Below, piece after piece: positions 1 to 13,048 of a DNA stretch of 64,000 nucleotides (positions are counted from its first letter, which is position 1; each line of letters starts with the position of its first letter). The position numbers and the translations under genes are program-made. Below the pieces are notes generated by a model that worked only from the letters and a program-made list of their open reading frames with translations, made no database searches and was not told where the DNA came from. Origin of the DNA: Amoebophrya sp. A120 (lineage: Eukaryota > Protista > Dinoflagellata); assembly GCA_905178155.1 (NCBI GenBank), contig CAJINV010000002.1, forward strand, positions 12,223,621-12,287,620, written 5' to 3'.

Positions 1-232
1 ATTCTTGAGCAGTTTTATTTGCATTCTTGCTTTGTTATAATTTAAATTTTCAATATCTGTTGTATAAAAAGCGCGGGCACCGCACCTTGATTTCGCGTGT
101 TCTCTTTAATCTGCAAGTTTTATTGTAACTAAGACTAAGTAAAGAATCCACTTCGATGGAGTAAGTATGCAAATGCATCTTCATGACTGTATGTCAAGTC
201 CGCATCACAACAACTGCACCGTACTACGTAAA

Positions 233-3200
233 CTAGCCTTTTCGATGTGATAGACCGCTGTCGTCCTCGTCGCTGTCGTCGTCCGAATCTTCGTCCGAGT
301 CATCTTCGGATCCCGGCTTTTTGGCTTTGCTGGTCTTGCTCGCCGCTTGCGAGTTGTACTTGCTCTGCAACTGCGAAGCAATGGTGGATAGCGCCGACAC
401 AGAGGTTGGGTGGGCACTGTCGCCAGACCCAGACGAGCTGCTTCCCCCGGAAACGCCGCTTTTGCTTGCCCCCGATTTCGATTCGTAGCCGGACTCGTAG
501 TCTTCGTCCTCGTCCTCCTCCTCCTCGCTGTAGTACTCCGACGATTCCTATGCACAGAAAAAAACCCATCCACATCCATTTTTTGCATGACAAACACAGG
601 ATTTTACGTATGTTTTGCATGACAAATTGGATGTGGATGGGTGTTTTTTCCTGGATAATTCCTCCTCGTCTTCGTCCCGATAGACGCGGGACATGGCCAT
701 CAAGTCCTCCTCCTCGTGCTCCTGCGCCAGGGCGACGGTGAGGCCGGGGTTCAGCTTCACCTTCTCCAAGCCCTCCCGGATGGCCTTCTGCATGCCGCCC
801 TGGGGGTCCGCCCCGAACTCCCACAGCTGCTCGGTGTCCACGGCGTCCTTGTCCAGCTTATCGATCTCCGCCCGCCGGCTGGCCTGCAGTAAGGTTTCCA
901 GGTCCTTGATGCGGTGCTTCATAGCTTTCGAGAGCCAGGGCGCCAGTGGCATGGTCTCCAGCGGCTTGGCCAGTTTCTGCATCTCCGCCAACTCCTTCTC
1001 GATCAGCTTGGTCTCGCTCTTGTGCGGCAGGGGGCGCGAGAAGATCTCGCCCAGGACCTCGCGCTTGCCGTGCCAGTGCTCCAGCGGAATGCGGTTGGAT
1101 TTCCCGATCGCAAGCTTCATGTCGCGGTCGAACACATGGTCGGCGTCCGCGACGTAGCGCAGCCGCCCCTGGTTCGAGCTCCGCAAGTACTTCGTGATGG
1201 AATACCCGCGGTCCGGCTGCCGCTCCTGCACGGAGAGCGCGCCGTTCTGGCCCGTGATGATTTCCTCCCGGTCCATGTACTCGACGCGCACCGCGATCAC
1301 CTCCTCCAGCAGGTGAACGAGCATCATCAGCAGCTGCCCCTTTTTCACGAGCAGCGACACCTCCCGCTCGGTGTTGATGGCCACCTGGGTCTGCGGAATC
1401 AGCCCGGCGTACACGCAGCGCTCCAGGAAGAGCAGTGCGTGGCGGATCTCTAGCCGCGTCGCAGCTTCCGCGTTCAAGAAGGCGTGCCGCAGGTCCTGGT
1501 CCTTGTCCTTCAGTCCCTGCAGCCGGAACTTCATGCGGTCGCGAAAGTGCAGCAACTTGGAAAACTCCTGAGCCCGCTGCACGCACGCGGCGCTCCGCTT
1601 CTCGCCAAACACCTCCTCGTGCAGGCCGCGGATCAGCCACCGGTGGTCCCGCTCGATCTGCCGCAGGCGAACCTCCGCGAGGCACATCTGGCGGAGCAAA
1701 ACCGCGCGGTCCTCCAGGAGGTAGATCAGCGCGTTCTGGTGGATCCAGAAGGCGTGCACGGCGTGCGCCAGCGCGACAGACTGCTGGAACAGGGCGGGGG
1801 GGAGGCCCCGGTTCTCTTTCCCCATGAACTGGCTCACCACGGTGGGCAGGTACGGCAGTTGCGACGCGATGGCGCGGAGCACGCCCGTCAAATCGGCCAC
1901 CCCGTGGACCAGCACCTCGTTCTTCCGGGCCAGTTGCGCAAGCAAACCGTCCCGCTGCAGGTTGGCAAAATCGTTGTCCGGGAGCAGCTGCGCGGCGTGG
2001 TTCCGCGGGATCGCTGGGCGGTACATGTTTGGCGGAAGGGGCGCCTCCCTCTGCTGTTCCTGGTACGCGGCAGACGAGGGGTAGTAAAGATAATTCTTTG
2101 ATGTAGTTTTGCTGCTTCTAAAGTTTTGTTCAACGTCGTTCGACTTCGACTTCGACGACCTCTTCGAAGCAGTATTGCTGACATGATCATCCGACGGCGT
2201 GCAGGACGACACGGTCGGGAAGGCGCCGAGGATGGCGGATCTTCTTGTTTTCATCTCTGCATCATCTTGGACATAATCCAGCAGGCCACGGGATTTCGCA
2301 TGCATCAAATCCGCTCTCCTCATTTTTTCCTTTTTGCTTCTTTTTTTTCCGTGCCTCCTGCTTTCATCGAGAGGAGGGAGATGAAGATCAACGTGCAGCT
2401 GGTCGTCCAGAGATGCGACTACGTCGTCCCCCGTCTCGACGTCGTGATAAAAGGCCTTTTCGAAACGTCGCGAACTTTTGGATTTGCGAACCTTCTGACT
2501 TTCTGTCGGGCCTGATGCGTCTTCTGACGCAATTGAGGACGAATCAGAGTTCATGCGGCGATAGTACGACGCTGCGCGGTCATCGAGGGGCAAATTGTTC
2601 AGCATTTCTTCTAGTTTCTCGTCGGAAAGAAGCTGCAGTTCTTTACTACCGCCCGGAGTGTAATTTGTGTTATTTGTCGTGTTTCCCGCCCCGCCAGGCT
2701 GATGTTTGCGCTGGTATGCGTTGATGCTCTCCTTGCTACTCCCGAACTGAAAGTGCTCAAACATTGGAACTGCGTCACTCTGGCTCGGCGGCGACGAGCC
2801 AATCATGCCACCTATCTGCTCGCGCTGCTGTGATGTCGCTTCTGGGTAGAAGGAGAAATTCTGCTGGACCTCTTGTCTTCCAGAGCCGCCAGTTCTCACA
2901 CCTTGAGTTATTGTCTTGCTGGTGCTAATATTTGCGCCAACTCTGGGTACGGACGGGAAAGTGGAATGCGAAAGCAGGAGCTTCGCACTTCCAGCGAGCC
3001 GCGCGGCCGCTTCCGAAAGACTAGACGACCATTCATGGGCATTATGATCTTCATCCTGTTGATGTTTTTGTTCCTTCTGGTTCATCATGGAGCTCGTCCA
3101 CGGAAACCCCTCGTGGACAAAAAATGCACCACCTGCACGAGGATCTAGTGCTACGTCTACGTCGGGTCGTTCCTTCCCCTTCAACTTCATCTCGTCTGTA

Positions 3201-4750
3201 TTATTGCGAAGCTTTTGACGTTGTTGTGCGGATTCGTGACCAAGAAGGTGCTGGTGACGTTCCTGTTGCTGTTTAGCATTGTTCTTCTCGTCCTTGTTGT
3301 GCTTTTCCCCAACAAGCCGCTCCAAAACAGGACTTGCGATCAGCACGCTATTCTCGTCGTCTTCATCATGATGATCTTCTGGCTCTTCGCATTCTGTCCG
3401 CAACTCCGCAATTCCTTCCAGCTTGATGTTCCCCTCTGCAGCTTTCGGTATCGTCGGTCGTCGCAACTGGCTATGATATTGTTCTTCTCCCACGTGCGAT
3501 CCGTTTCTATGAACCTGAAGCGGATTGTCACAGGCAGAAGACGCACGGGAGCTAGTTGTCTTAGATGAGCGCTTGGAGGAAGAGCGCTTCTTTAAGACAA
3601 ATTTTGGAACTGGTTTGGGTTTGCTTGTTGTAGCTTTCTCCTTTTCATCGGTTTCACTTTCATCCACCAGCACAACAACTTTACCAGCTTCATCATCAAG
3701 AACTTCAGACAGGAGCGTAGTCTTCTGCATCGCGATGGAGCTCCTACTTGTTGGTGAAAAGTCTTCGTCCTGCTCCACGGCCACGTGGTCCTTGTTCTTT
3801 CCAACAAGGTGCAGCTGCAAGTGAGGTGGCAGCACTGTCAGCGGCGTGGTCACTGCTGCCTTTCCGGCTCGTGTTTTCATATGAACGGGTCCTCGAGACG
3901 GGGAGGGAGAGAGAAAGACGGTTTGCGGTGTCGTGTTGTTCACGTCTAGGAGCTGCGATGTACCAGAGTGCGGGTGCTCGAACATGCCCCCTGTTCGCGT
4001 TCTGCCCTCAGCAACAAGGTCCGAATCTCCTCTCGAGGAGCTGCCACTGCTCGCGGTCATCTGGGCCAGAGGTGTTCGTGTCACGCTCACGTCGCCTCGC
4101 ACCGGAGTAGTACTTGTATCGTCTTGCGGCGCAACTTGGTTCTGTTCTCTCATCATCTTCACCAAGGCGAAATCATTTCTGTAAATTTTATTCTCGTGCT
4201 GGCCCTTGTAACTTTTCTGCCGGTGGCCAGCACCAACAGAGCGTGCTTCAGACATGGTTCTTGTTTCTCGGCGCAGCTGCTCAAATTTTGCAGCGTTACC
4301 GAAACTACCGATACTCTGTAGTTCGTCCGGAATACCAGATGGGTGCCCGCTTTTCTCCTCGTCGGCCTCTGTTTTTCCCGACCGCTCCCACCAAAACAGC
4401 AGCTGCCGGAGGTCCATCGGGCGTTTCGATTTCACGGAAAATCGGCCCTTGCTCTCCGGATCGACAATGGCAGCATACTTGTCGTGCCAATACCTCCGGT
4501 TGACCGGACGGGGCAGAATTTCCGGAGCAGATGAAAAAGGACCACCCTCTTGCTCAACATAATGATCGCCGGCGCTGTCATTTATTCCGTGCTGATGAAG
4601 TTGCAGGTAGATGTCACTGTTTTCGGGCGGCAAAAAGCTATCGCTCAGTGGGGCACGGGCACGCGCAACAGAGGATGAGGACGAAGACGAGGACGACGCC
4701 CGTGCAGCTCCGTTGCCCGCCAAAAACGTAGTGGCGACGTGATCGATCAT
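233..4750 (-). CDS. Large protein of unknown function (~1467 aa): low-complexity N half, helical/coiled C-terminal domain, acidic tail; exons 4750-658 and 543-233
   Basis: The 1400-aa ORF runs into a TIR element. Removing 544-657 joins ...RDEDEEE to SSEYYSEEEEDEDEDYESG...DDSGLSHRKG* (stop 233-235). A phase-compatible upstream exon (ATG 5149, GT-AG intron 5039-4818) is possible. Confidence 0.8.
549..657. mobile_element. 109-bp TIR introner (family C), TSD ATTCC
   Basis: Inverted ends TATGCACAGAAAAAAACCCATCCACATCC / GGATGTGGATGGGTGTTTTTTCCTGGATA; ATTCC at 544-548 and 658-662; it contains an in-frame stop, and excision restores the ORF. Confidence 0.9.
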
Positions 4751-6408
4751 ATCATCTACGTGGACGTAGAATGTAAACGAGCCCGAATGGTGGTGGTGGA
4801 GCAGAACAACAAGAGCTCTGCTAATATAAGTATTGGTCGGACATTTTTATCGACCCGGCCTCCTTGTTAGTTTCCATCCTTTTGCTTTTTCCCTCAATTT
4901 GTTTATAAAAAACCGGATAAACCTTCACTAAAATAAAAACTTGCGTGGCTGGCTGCTCAGAGCTGCAAGGAAATGGATCAATTGAAGTTGTAAACAAACT
5001 AAGATCATGATGCTTTCGCTTGGATTCGTTGGCTCTTACCGACACGATCCTGAATAGGCTGACCACATGACGACACCCCCAAACACTGACGACGAAAGAC
5101 GACGACGACAACCCACGAAGATGAATTGATTCTCTACCTCTGATATCATGATTTATAAATATTCCAACAATTACAATTATATGCTGTAGTCAGGAGCAGA
5201 ACGAATTTCCGATGCATTATCATATCTGGAGCTGCGGTTATCGATTGCATTTTCAGGCATCACAACTATCACAAACGAAACCCAAACCACTACCACGATT
5301 AGGATTTCATTTTCAATATCGACTTTTCGACTTTCGATGGCGGGTGGCAAACTATCATCTTCCTATGGCACGACCCACGATTTTTCTTGATCTTGTCCAC
5401 GTCACTCGTCTGTAACGATTCTTGTGAGCCATCATGACATTCGCGACGCAATGCGAGTGAAACCTCTGCAAGAAGAAGAGTGACGTACTTGTGTTGGAAT
5501 CATGCACCAGATCCAGAACACCATCACATAGCCCCCTTCTTCGCAGGGGCAGGACCTCCGCCGGGGCTGAACAGTTCAATATTTTTTCGATTTTTACTGA
5601 TTCATAGATTTTGATAGGCATACGATCACGATTCTTGTTATTTCACATTTTCAAAATAAAGCAACGCCATGTCTTCTACATACTTCATCTACAACGACGT
5701 TTGTACGGCTTTGTAGGATGAGAATGCTTTTTCTGCTTGCTCTCCGTACTTCTACTTTGATTGTGTTTGTTTATTTTTACATAATAAAAACGATCCACAT
5801 GATGAAAAGACTTCTCTATATTTTTTTGAAAATGCTGTGCTTGAATTTGATGTAGGCGACCTCCACGACGAAGTAGAAGTCACCCGATCACTAGTTATTG
5901 CAAGTCCTTGTTGAAAATTACTTAGTATGTATTGTAGTAGTTGTCGTTGTGCAAACGTAAAAAAACAACCTGAAATAAAACGTCGAAAGCAATAATTTTG
6001 AATGACACAGCAAGACCACTTGTCTTACGATGCGAATGCGCCTCGACCTGCAGGCCCGTCTTGCTATCTCGGAGATAACATTTTTTGCTTACATTTCATC
6101 TCCTGAAGAGAACCTAAATTTCAATCGTAGGCTAAACGAACTAAAACTTCGCCAGAAAAGAGTCTGTCATGAGTGCGATTGCCTCCTCGTCGGACATGAC
6201 ACGTGAAAAATGCGCACAAAATTGTGAATGAGAATGAGGACAGGAGGACCAGCCGAAGCATCGCGTCACATATTTGAAGATGCTATAGAAGCTCTAGCTC
6301 GTTCCTCCATGATGAAGTCCACCGTCTTATTAAACCGACACAGCATGATCTTCATGCAGTTGTTCTTGTTTTAGTTTTCATTACCTTACCAACAGAAACA
6401 CGTTTCGG

Positions 6409-7440
6409 TCACCCATCAAAATCGTCGCCTGGGCGAAAGCTGCTTGCAACTGGATCCTGGTCGAAGTTTTGCGAGAGGAGAGAGGTAGCAAAGAAACTCG
6501 CATTCCCGCCTCCCTGGCTGGACTGCATTTTGCCAAACGATTGCTTCAAGGACGTTTCGCCCCGCGACGCATTGCCCTGGGACCGCTTCCGCCGCGTCTC
6601 CTCCATGTAGGCGACCTGTCGAAGACCAAGATTGATTCATCAAAGTGCAAGTTGTAGCAACTAATTGAATTATGGAACTGAAAGAAACCGCTAGAAGGAA
6701 GAAACTAGAGAAAGAGTACTTATCAAGTGGAAAAGATATTTACAACGACGAAGTCATCTTACTTCGTGACTACAGTGAAGACAACTACATTCATAGACAC
6801 AATAGTTCGCAATGCTACCGTTGGTACTTACCTGCGAAATCTCCTCTTCCAGATCTCCTGCCGCCAAGACGGTTGCGTTGGACCCTCGCGTCCGTCCGCT
6901 GGCTGCCGGTGTTTGCGGGCGCATGGTCGAGCCGCGCGCACCTGCGCCAGCGGTACTTCCGAAAGATTGCGTGTACAACGCCGGGGCGGACCGCGGGTTG
7001 ATGTAGGTCGTCTGGTCCGCGCCCTTGTACATGGTGCTTTGTCCACCGAGCATGGTACTTTGTACAGCGTCGTAGTTCACGGACTCCGTCCGGGCGCGCA
7101 CCTCCTCCTCGTAGTCTTCAAAGGAGTAGTTGCCATCCAGCGGGTCAAATATCTTCTTCAAACCCCGGCGGAAAGTGTGGATCACCCAGTTCAGCCAGCA
7201 CAGGAAGAACAAGGCGATCACAATGACCCACATGCTCCAGTACAGGGCCACCTGCCACGAAGCATAGCTCCACTCCAATACATTGTTGCCCCCAAGCGGC
7301 CCGCTGGGGATCATGTGTTGCGCCTTCTCGACCTGCTCATTGATGTGCGTCTTCAGGTGCTCGACAAAGGATGAAAATGTCGAGAACGGAGAGGAGTCAC
7401 CAACAGTCCCCGCACCCAGAAAATGATGGAAATTCACCAT
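6409..7440 (-). CDS. Single-pass membrane protein of unknown function; exons 7440-6832 and 6615-6409
   Basis: Hydrophobic segment VALYWSMWVIVIALFFLCWLNWVI; phase-0 GTAAGT...CAG intron 6831-6616 joins EEEISQ to VAYMEETRRK. Confidence 0.7.
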
Positions 7441-8604
7441 AATGTTAATTGCTTGTGCTTCTTTTCTGGCTTTGTTGTTGTTCAAGTAGTGGCGACTTCA
7501 AAGTATGTATTCTTCGATAGTTCGACAAGAAGATGATGAAATTTAGGAAAATATACGCGATTTTTCCTCTTGAGCAGTTCGCGGCGGCAGACTCGCCGGT
7601 GTCATTCAAAACAAAATAGAGCGCGAAAGTAAAAGATAGATGTCACCAACCCAAATGAAGGCTACTGCCTACGTGCTTGTTCACCGACGATGAATTTTGA
7701 ATTTCGATTTTTCATCATGAAGCAAGACGGTGAAAATGAAAATGTCAAAAAAGCGCGAGGAAAAATGACGTATGACCAATGATGGGAGGGACTGGAATTT
7801 TTGTTTGGATGCGAAAAGGTTTTAGATATCCTATCGCAAGAGAGGTATCGCAGCAATTATACCGAGGCATGCCAACTGCGCGTTCGGCAAGAGCTGTAGT
7901 TGCACGGCACGGTGACTGAGGCACGAAAACTACGAAAAGTAAATATATGCACAGCATCAAACCGACGGACGCAAGAATCAATGTAGTGATGGAGTGCGTC
8001 TCCCATCCTTGTTTGTTGTGAACGAGCCTGACGATGCAAACGACACGAAACATGTACATGATGGGTGTACGTAAACGTGTGTTGTAGGTGTACCGAAAAC
8101 AACATTTTCTGGCATTACAGAATCGTGGCACAGTACGACACGAGAGGAGCCTTTAATCACACCGAAAATTGCATTTCAACTGACACCGAAACCGATTTTC
8201 TGGGTGTAGTTTCTGTTTTTCTTTTTGCGGTTGCGCCTGTAGTACAAATAGTATTTTCACATACTTGGAAGAACCGAGCACCGTTGGTAAGCACGAAGGT
8301 GCCTTTGTCTGACCGAATAGGGTAGAAGTAGCTGCATGCGCAACCGCCCAACATGATATGCACAAACAAAGGTCAGGATGACTAATGGATGCCGAATCCG
8401 AAAAGAACCGACGTATAACCATGGTATAAAAGAAAGAATTTAATATTACAGTTTCCATTCGAGTATTTCATTGTACCTTGTTTCATCGTGCCCTGGTCGT
8501 GCATATGCAACACCTGAAGATCAAGATGGCACACAACTTTCTTTATAAAAATTCATCTGACATTCATTGTAAACAACGATGGGTTCTTGACCTCGGCATC
8601 ATGC

Positions 8605-11287
8605 TCACGTAGCGGCTTCTTTCTTCCTTTTTGTTTTCGCACTTTTTTTCATCGCGGCCATGGGCTTGAATCCAGAGTTCAGCTGCGCAGTTTCCGTACT
8701 ACCATCCTCAATCGCCCCGTAAAAATGATCATGATTGTCCGCGCGGACCTCGATCGAAACCGGAGCGGGGGGTGCCGAAGACAAAAGCGACTCCTCTACG
8801 ACGGATTGCAACGCCGAAAGGCCATCGTGCGGCTCCAAGCCCACCGCGTCCATTGCCTTTCTATCTTGGTCGGTGAGTCCCTCAGACGGAAGACCCTGGT
8901 TGTATTTTTGATTTCGAATTCGATCAACTTTATCTACTTCCATGGTCTACAAAATATGAAAGACACAAAAGAGTTGGCACGTCAACAGAGTAAGTAGAGA
9001 AAGTATGTGTGTGTCCAATTACAATTTCTATTTCATACAATCAGTATGAATATGAACATACCTGCTCTGCAGGATTCTTCAACATTGCCGCGGCCGCTTT
9101 TCTCGCATACCCTTTCGTGAAACCAGTGTCGACAAGGACTGTCTCGACCTGCCCCACATCTCGTAGTAGCTTCACGTCCTCGTGATTCTCGATGGAGTCA
9201 TGTAATCCGAGTTCATCATAGCTCTTCACTTCCGCGGTCTTCGTCGCTACTGCTGCTGTGCCAAAATTCTGTAAGGCCTGCACGCCTCCTTTCTTGCCGA
9301 TGACCTCGACACTGCCCAAGCCGATTTGCCGAAGTTTTTCTTCCTCCGCTTCGGCCAAAAGCGCAATATTCTTGTCGTCTGTGCCGTTGTAGTTATGCAA
9401 CCCACTCGAGAATGGTTCATCCGTTTCCGTTCCTCTATCCTTACTCTGGAGAGTGCTGCTTTTTCGTTTTTTCTTTTTTGGTTTGTTTGCCGCGGCAAAG
9501 TTCTCCACCCTCTCGACGCCTCCCTTGGCCCCTATCTCCTCCGTGCTGCCAAAGTCTATTGTGTGCCGGTCAGAGTCGTCCGCCCGAAGGAGGTCGTTTG
9601 TGCCAGTGCCCATGTTTCCGTCGGTGTAGCTCTGCAGCCCGCTCCCCAGTCCGCTGTGGTGCCCGCCGTGCGGCCCACTGGAAGCCATACCTGGGCTACC
9701 GAAAAAGGCACCAGCGTCCTGGTCTCCATCTGTCCCGTCAGATTCCGCATTTGCGTGCTGTTCTTGCAGCAAAGTGTCGTACTTATCATTCTCGTCGGTG
9801 TGGCTTTGCATTATGCTGCTCAACATGCCGCTAGCGCCAGCGTTGGCGTTCGACATCATGCCGCTTTGCATTGAGGCCGAAGCCGGGGCATTCTTGTTAT
9901 TTCCGTGTGAGAAGTCAACATGATCTGCAGCTGCTTGTTCGTTCTCAGTGTTCACCCGGCTCCAGCTTTCCGCCTCGTCTGCCCCGCTTTGCAGTTGTAG
10001 CCCATCAGCACTTGTGAGACCACTACCGCTGGCTATCCCATGACCCGGGCCGGCCCCCACGACGCCTACCGGATATGGATACGATTGGCCTGTGCCGTCA
10101 TGATCGCTAGCGCTTCGTCTACCTTGCGGCGACAGCATTCCTTGTTGCCGAGAAGGCCCTGCACGACGCAACGCATCGACCTGCCCGGAAGGAGGTAGCC
10201 CATCGGCGAGCAACCCGCCTCCTTTGTTATAATTGGTCGTGACCGGAGCGCGAGCGCTTCCCCCTACCAAGTCCCTCAAGCTCCTACTTTGCTGTTGCTT
10301 TTGCAATCCTGCGCCCGGCGCGCTGCCGCTGGTGACTGACTTGCTCTGCGCACTTTTACTTCTACCGTCATACGTGTAGAAATTTGACGGAACCTCCATC
10401 GGCACCAGGTGTCCGTGTTCCTGGGCGGCCCGGGCGTCCCAGCGGGCCTGGATCCTTTTCAAATTGCAGCGCTTACGGAAAACAATCACGCATGCGCAAC
10501 AGGCGAGTACGCATATAGGAAGAAGCGCACAGCCAAGAAGGTAGAGCAGTTTTTGAAAACAAACCCAACCCTCCCGCACGTTTTGCTTGTCGCCTTCCAC
10601 GTCCTCGGACGTGAACTGTGTGTCTGTGTCCTGCCCCTCGAGAAGCGACGAAAAGTTTCTCCGCAAGGTCGTCATCTTGCGGTGCAAGGTAGCGAAGCCG
10701 AAAGCGAGCTGCCTCTGCATATACGACGCTACAGACAACCGCACTGGTGCATCTTCTCCACCACTGCTATCCAGCACAGTTGTCGTCGCCTCGGTCGGCC
10801 CACCGCCAAGTGAGTTGCTTTTCGTTAGGTCGGGCCACGCATTTCTTGCGTCAGCGGCGTCGGCTAAGGATCCGCGGACATAAAGCCGACGTCGCTCCTC
10901 CACTGCTAGCGGTGAAATGTCGATGTCGATTCCACCGTCGGTCTCGAGTCGGCTTGCCTTTATTTGGCCTGTGCGGGAGGTGCCATGGCTTCGTCGTGAT
11001 ATGCGTTGCGCCCTCTGGGTGAGCCCTCTCATATTTCTACCCCCATAATTGTCCGCCACATCTTCATCCTGTGCCAGTCGTGACTCATCAAATCCTTTCA
11101 CTTTCTCCTTTCTCATAATGGCGAATGCTGTACCACTGGTGGGGGTATTCCAGCAAGCCCGTAAGAGGTACTGGCAAAAAAGTACGGAAAACATATTCAG
11201 AGCCGTGTTGTTGAAAATGAAGTGCCTGTAACAACAAGTGCAGCTTGATGGCCGCCGCTCTGTACTTTTACTGCCGCGCCACAGCAT
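8605..11287 (-). CDS. Predicted single-pass membrane protein with a long low-complexity tail; intron 9061-8947
   Basis: 748-aa ORF with TM LLYLLGCALLPICVLACCACVIVF followed by RKR; a GTATGT...TAG intron joins NPAEQ to TMEVDKV. The start may be ATG 11194. Confidence 0.75.
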
Positions 11288-11479
11288 CGTGCGCCCCCGG
11301 AGAGAGTGGACTTAGTTCTACTGATGGCGTCTGTGTTGATAACTAGAACAAGGAAGAGAAACCGATATCTAGAAATCAAAAATTCAAGTTGAGAAGGATG
11401 CCGGACGAGACAGATCTCATGGGACCACTCGTCTGACAATAATCTTCACGATTATAGATCTTAATTTCTGAGACTGAGA

Positions 11480-11502
11480 GGGGGCGGGGGTAGGGGTTGG
11501 GG
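11480..11502 (+). other. Potential G-quadruplex motif
   Basis: GGGGG-C-GGGGG-TA-GGGG-TT-GGGG upstream of the 8605-11287 gene. Confidence 0.4.
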
Positions 11503-13048
11503 TAACAGGGAGATTACTTCTAACAAACTCACACATCTTCATCTCCTGGGTTGTGCTGTTGGTCACAAGTTGTAGGAAGGGGAGTGTTGTTCGAGCACCG
11601 GGCCTGGACGTGAAAACGAAAAGAAAAAACAGACATTGGCGAGAATAGACACAAATATATAGTCCTAAAAACGCTCTAGAGACATTTACAGAAACGATTG
11701 CGCGGCTGCACGGAGGAACGATGAACCGAAGCAGAAGAATGAAAGCACGATGACCGAAATTTCTGGAGCAAGTGCAGTGGCTTGTCAATTGCCAGGTAAT
11801 TTGTGAAGTACTAGAAAAAGAGAACGATAACGAAAACGAAGTGGTGGATTAGAAATATAAAAAAACGAATTGCAACACGACACGAAGACGAGACCACAAG
11901 CGCAATGAAACCGAAACGAGGAGAGCGGCCGGCGTTTTGTACTATTTTAAACTTACACACGACCTCCAATTGCTGCAAGAATCATTGATTCGGCATGGTT
12001 CACGTTCAGTTCCTCACGACAGGAAACGAACACTGCAGCTATAATACTGACATACAGAAACACAAAAGGAGCCCAGCATCGCGCTAAGACTGCTGTTTAC
12101 GAGGAGTACTTATTTTCATTTTCAGGGGTACGTACCGTCCTCGTGGAAGCGCAAACTAACAACACATCATACCATCTCATGCAGAAGCAGACTCATCAAA
12201 GTTCAACGCCATGGCAACATAAGATGAACCTACTTTCGTCTCGAGCTCGACAGGTCGCAGCACAACAAAGACAATGCATCATGAGCCTTTTTTTTTTACG
12301 ATCACTGCTTGAGCTGGATTTCTTAAATACTTGTTGTTGGTGTAGTGCTCGTACTACAAATAGTAAACGGCACTTATTTCTCTGCTGCAGATGAAGCTCG
12401 CACTTCCAGCACTTCCTGCTCGTTGGTTTGGTATGGGGTTTTCGTTTTGTGAAAAAGAATAGGCACGATCACGGCTTAGATCGATTTTGTAAGAGAAGGA
12501 GATGGTGATGGAGGGGGTGGGATTGGCGGGGGAGGGGATTCGTTGGGGAAAAAAGCAAAGTATCTTTTTCTTTCGCCGAAAGATATACTTTGGTTTCGCT
12601 TCGGATACCACGTCCTAGAAGACATAGAGGCAACAATCAACCTCACACGTTTACTAGGTGTTGTACCCGCCTAGGATGTAGGCAAACAAGATTACATAAC
12701 CTTAACCGCTGTAGTACGCTGCACGCAGCATGGGGGGGCTGCGCTTTTTCCAAAACAAAAAAATGTACAGAAGAATGTGAAAGTGTCGCACACATAGTTC
12801 TTTGTGTCAACAAAAACTTTTTGAATGAGATGAATGCTTATGATTGAAATCGAATTTGAATGATAAACGTAAATGTGTATGATGAAAAAGAATGCGCCGC
12901 TTGAGAAAAAAATTGTAAACGTAAAAATTGCTTGCCCAAAAATCGGTGTGATTTTTGGTTCTTGCTCCAGCCAGAGCCAACATCTTCAAAACATATTAAA
13001 AACTTCGTCGACAGCGTGAGCGTCACCTTTTCAACATACTGCTCCGGA

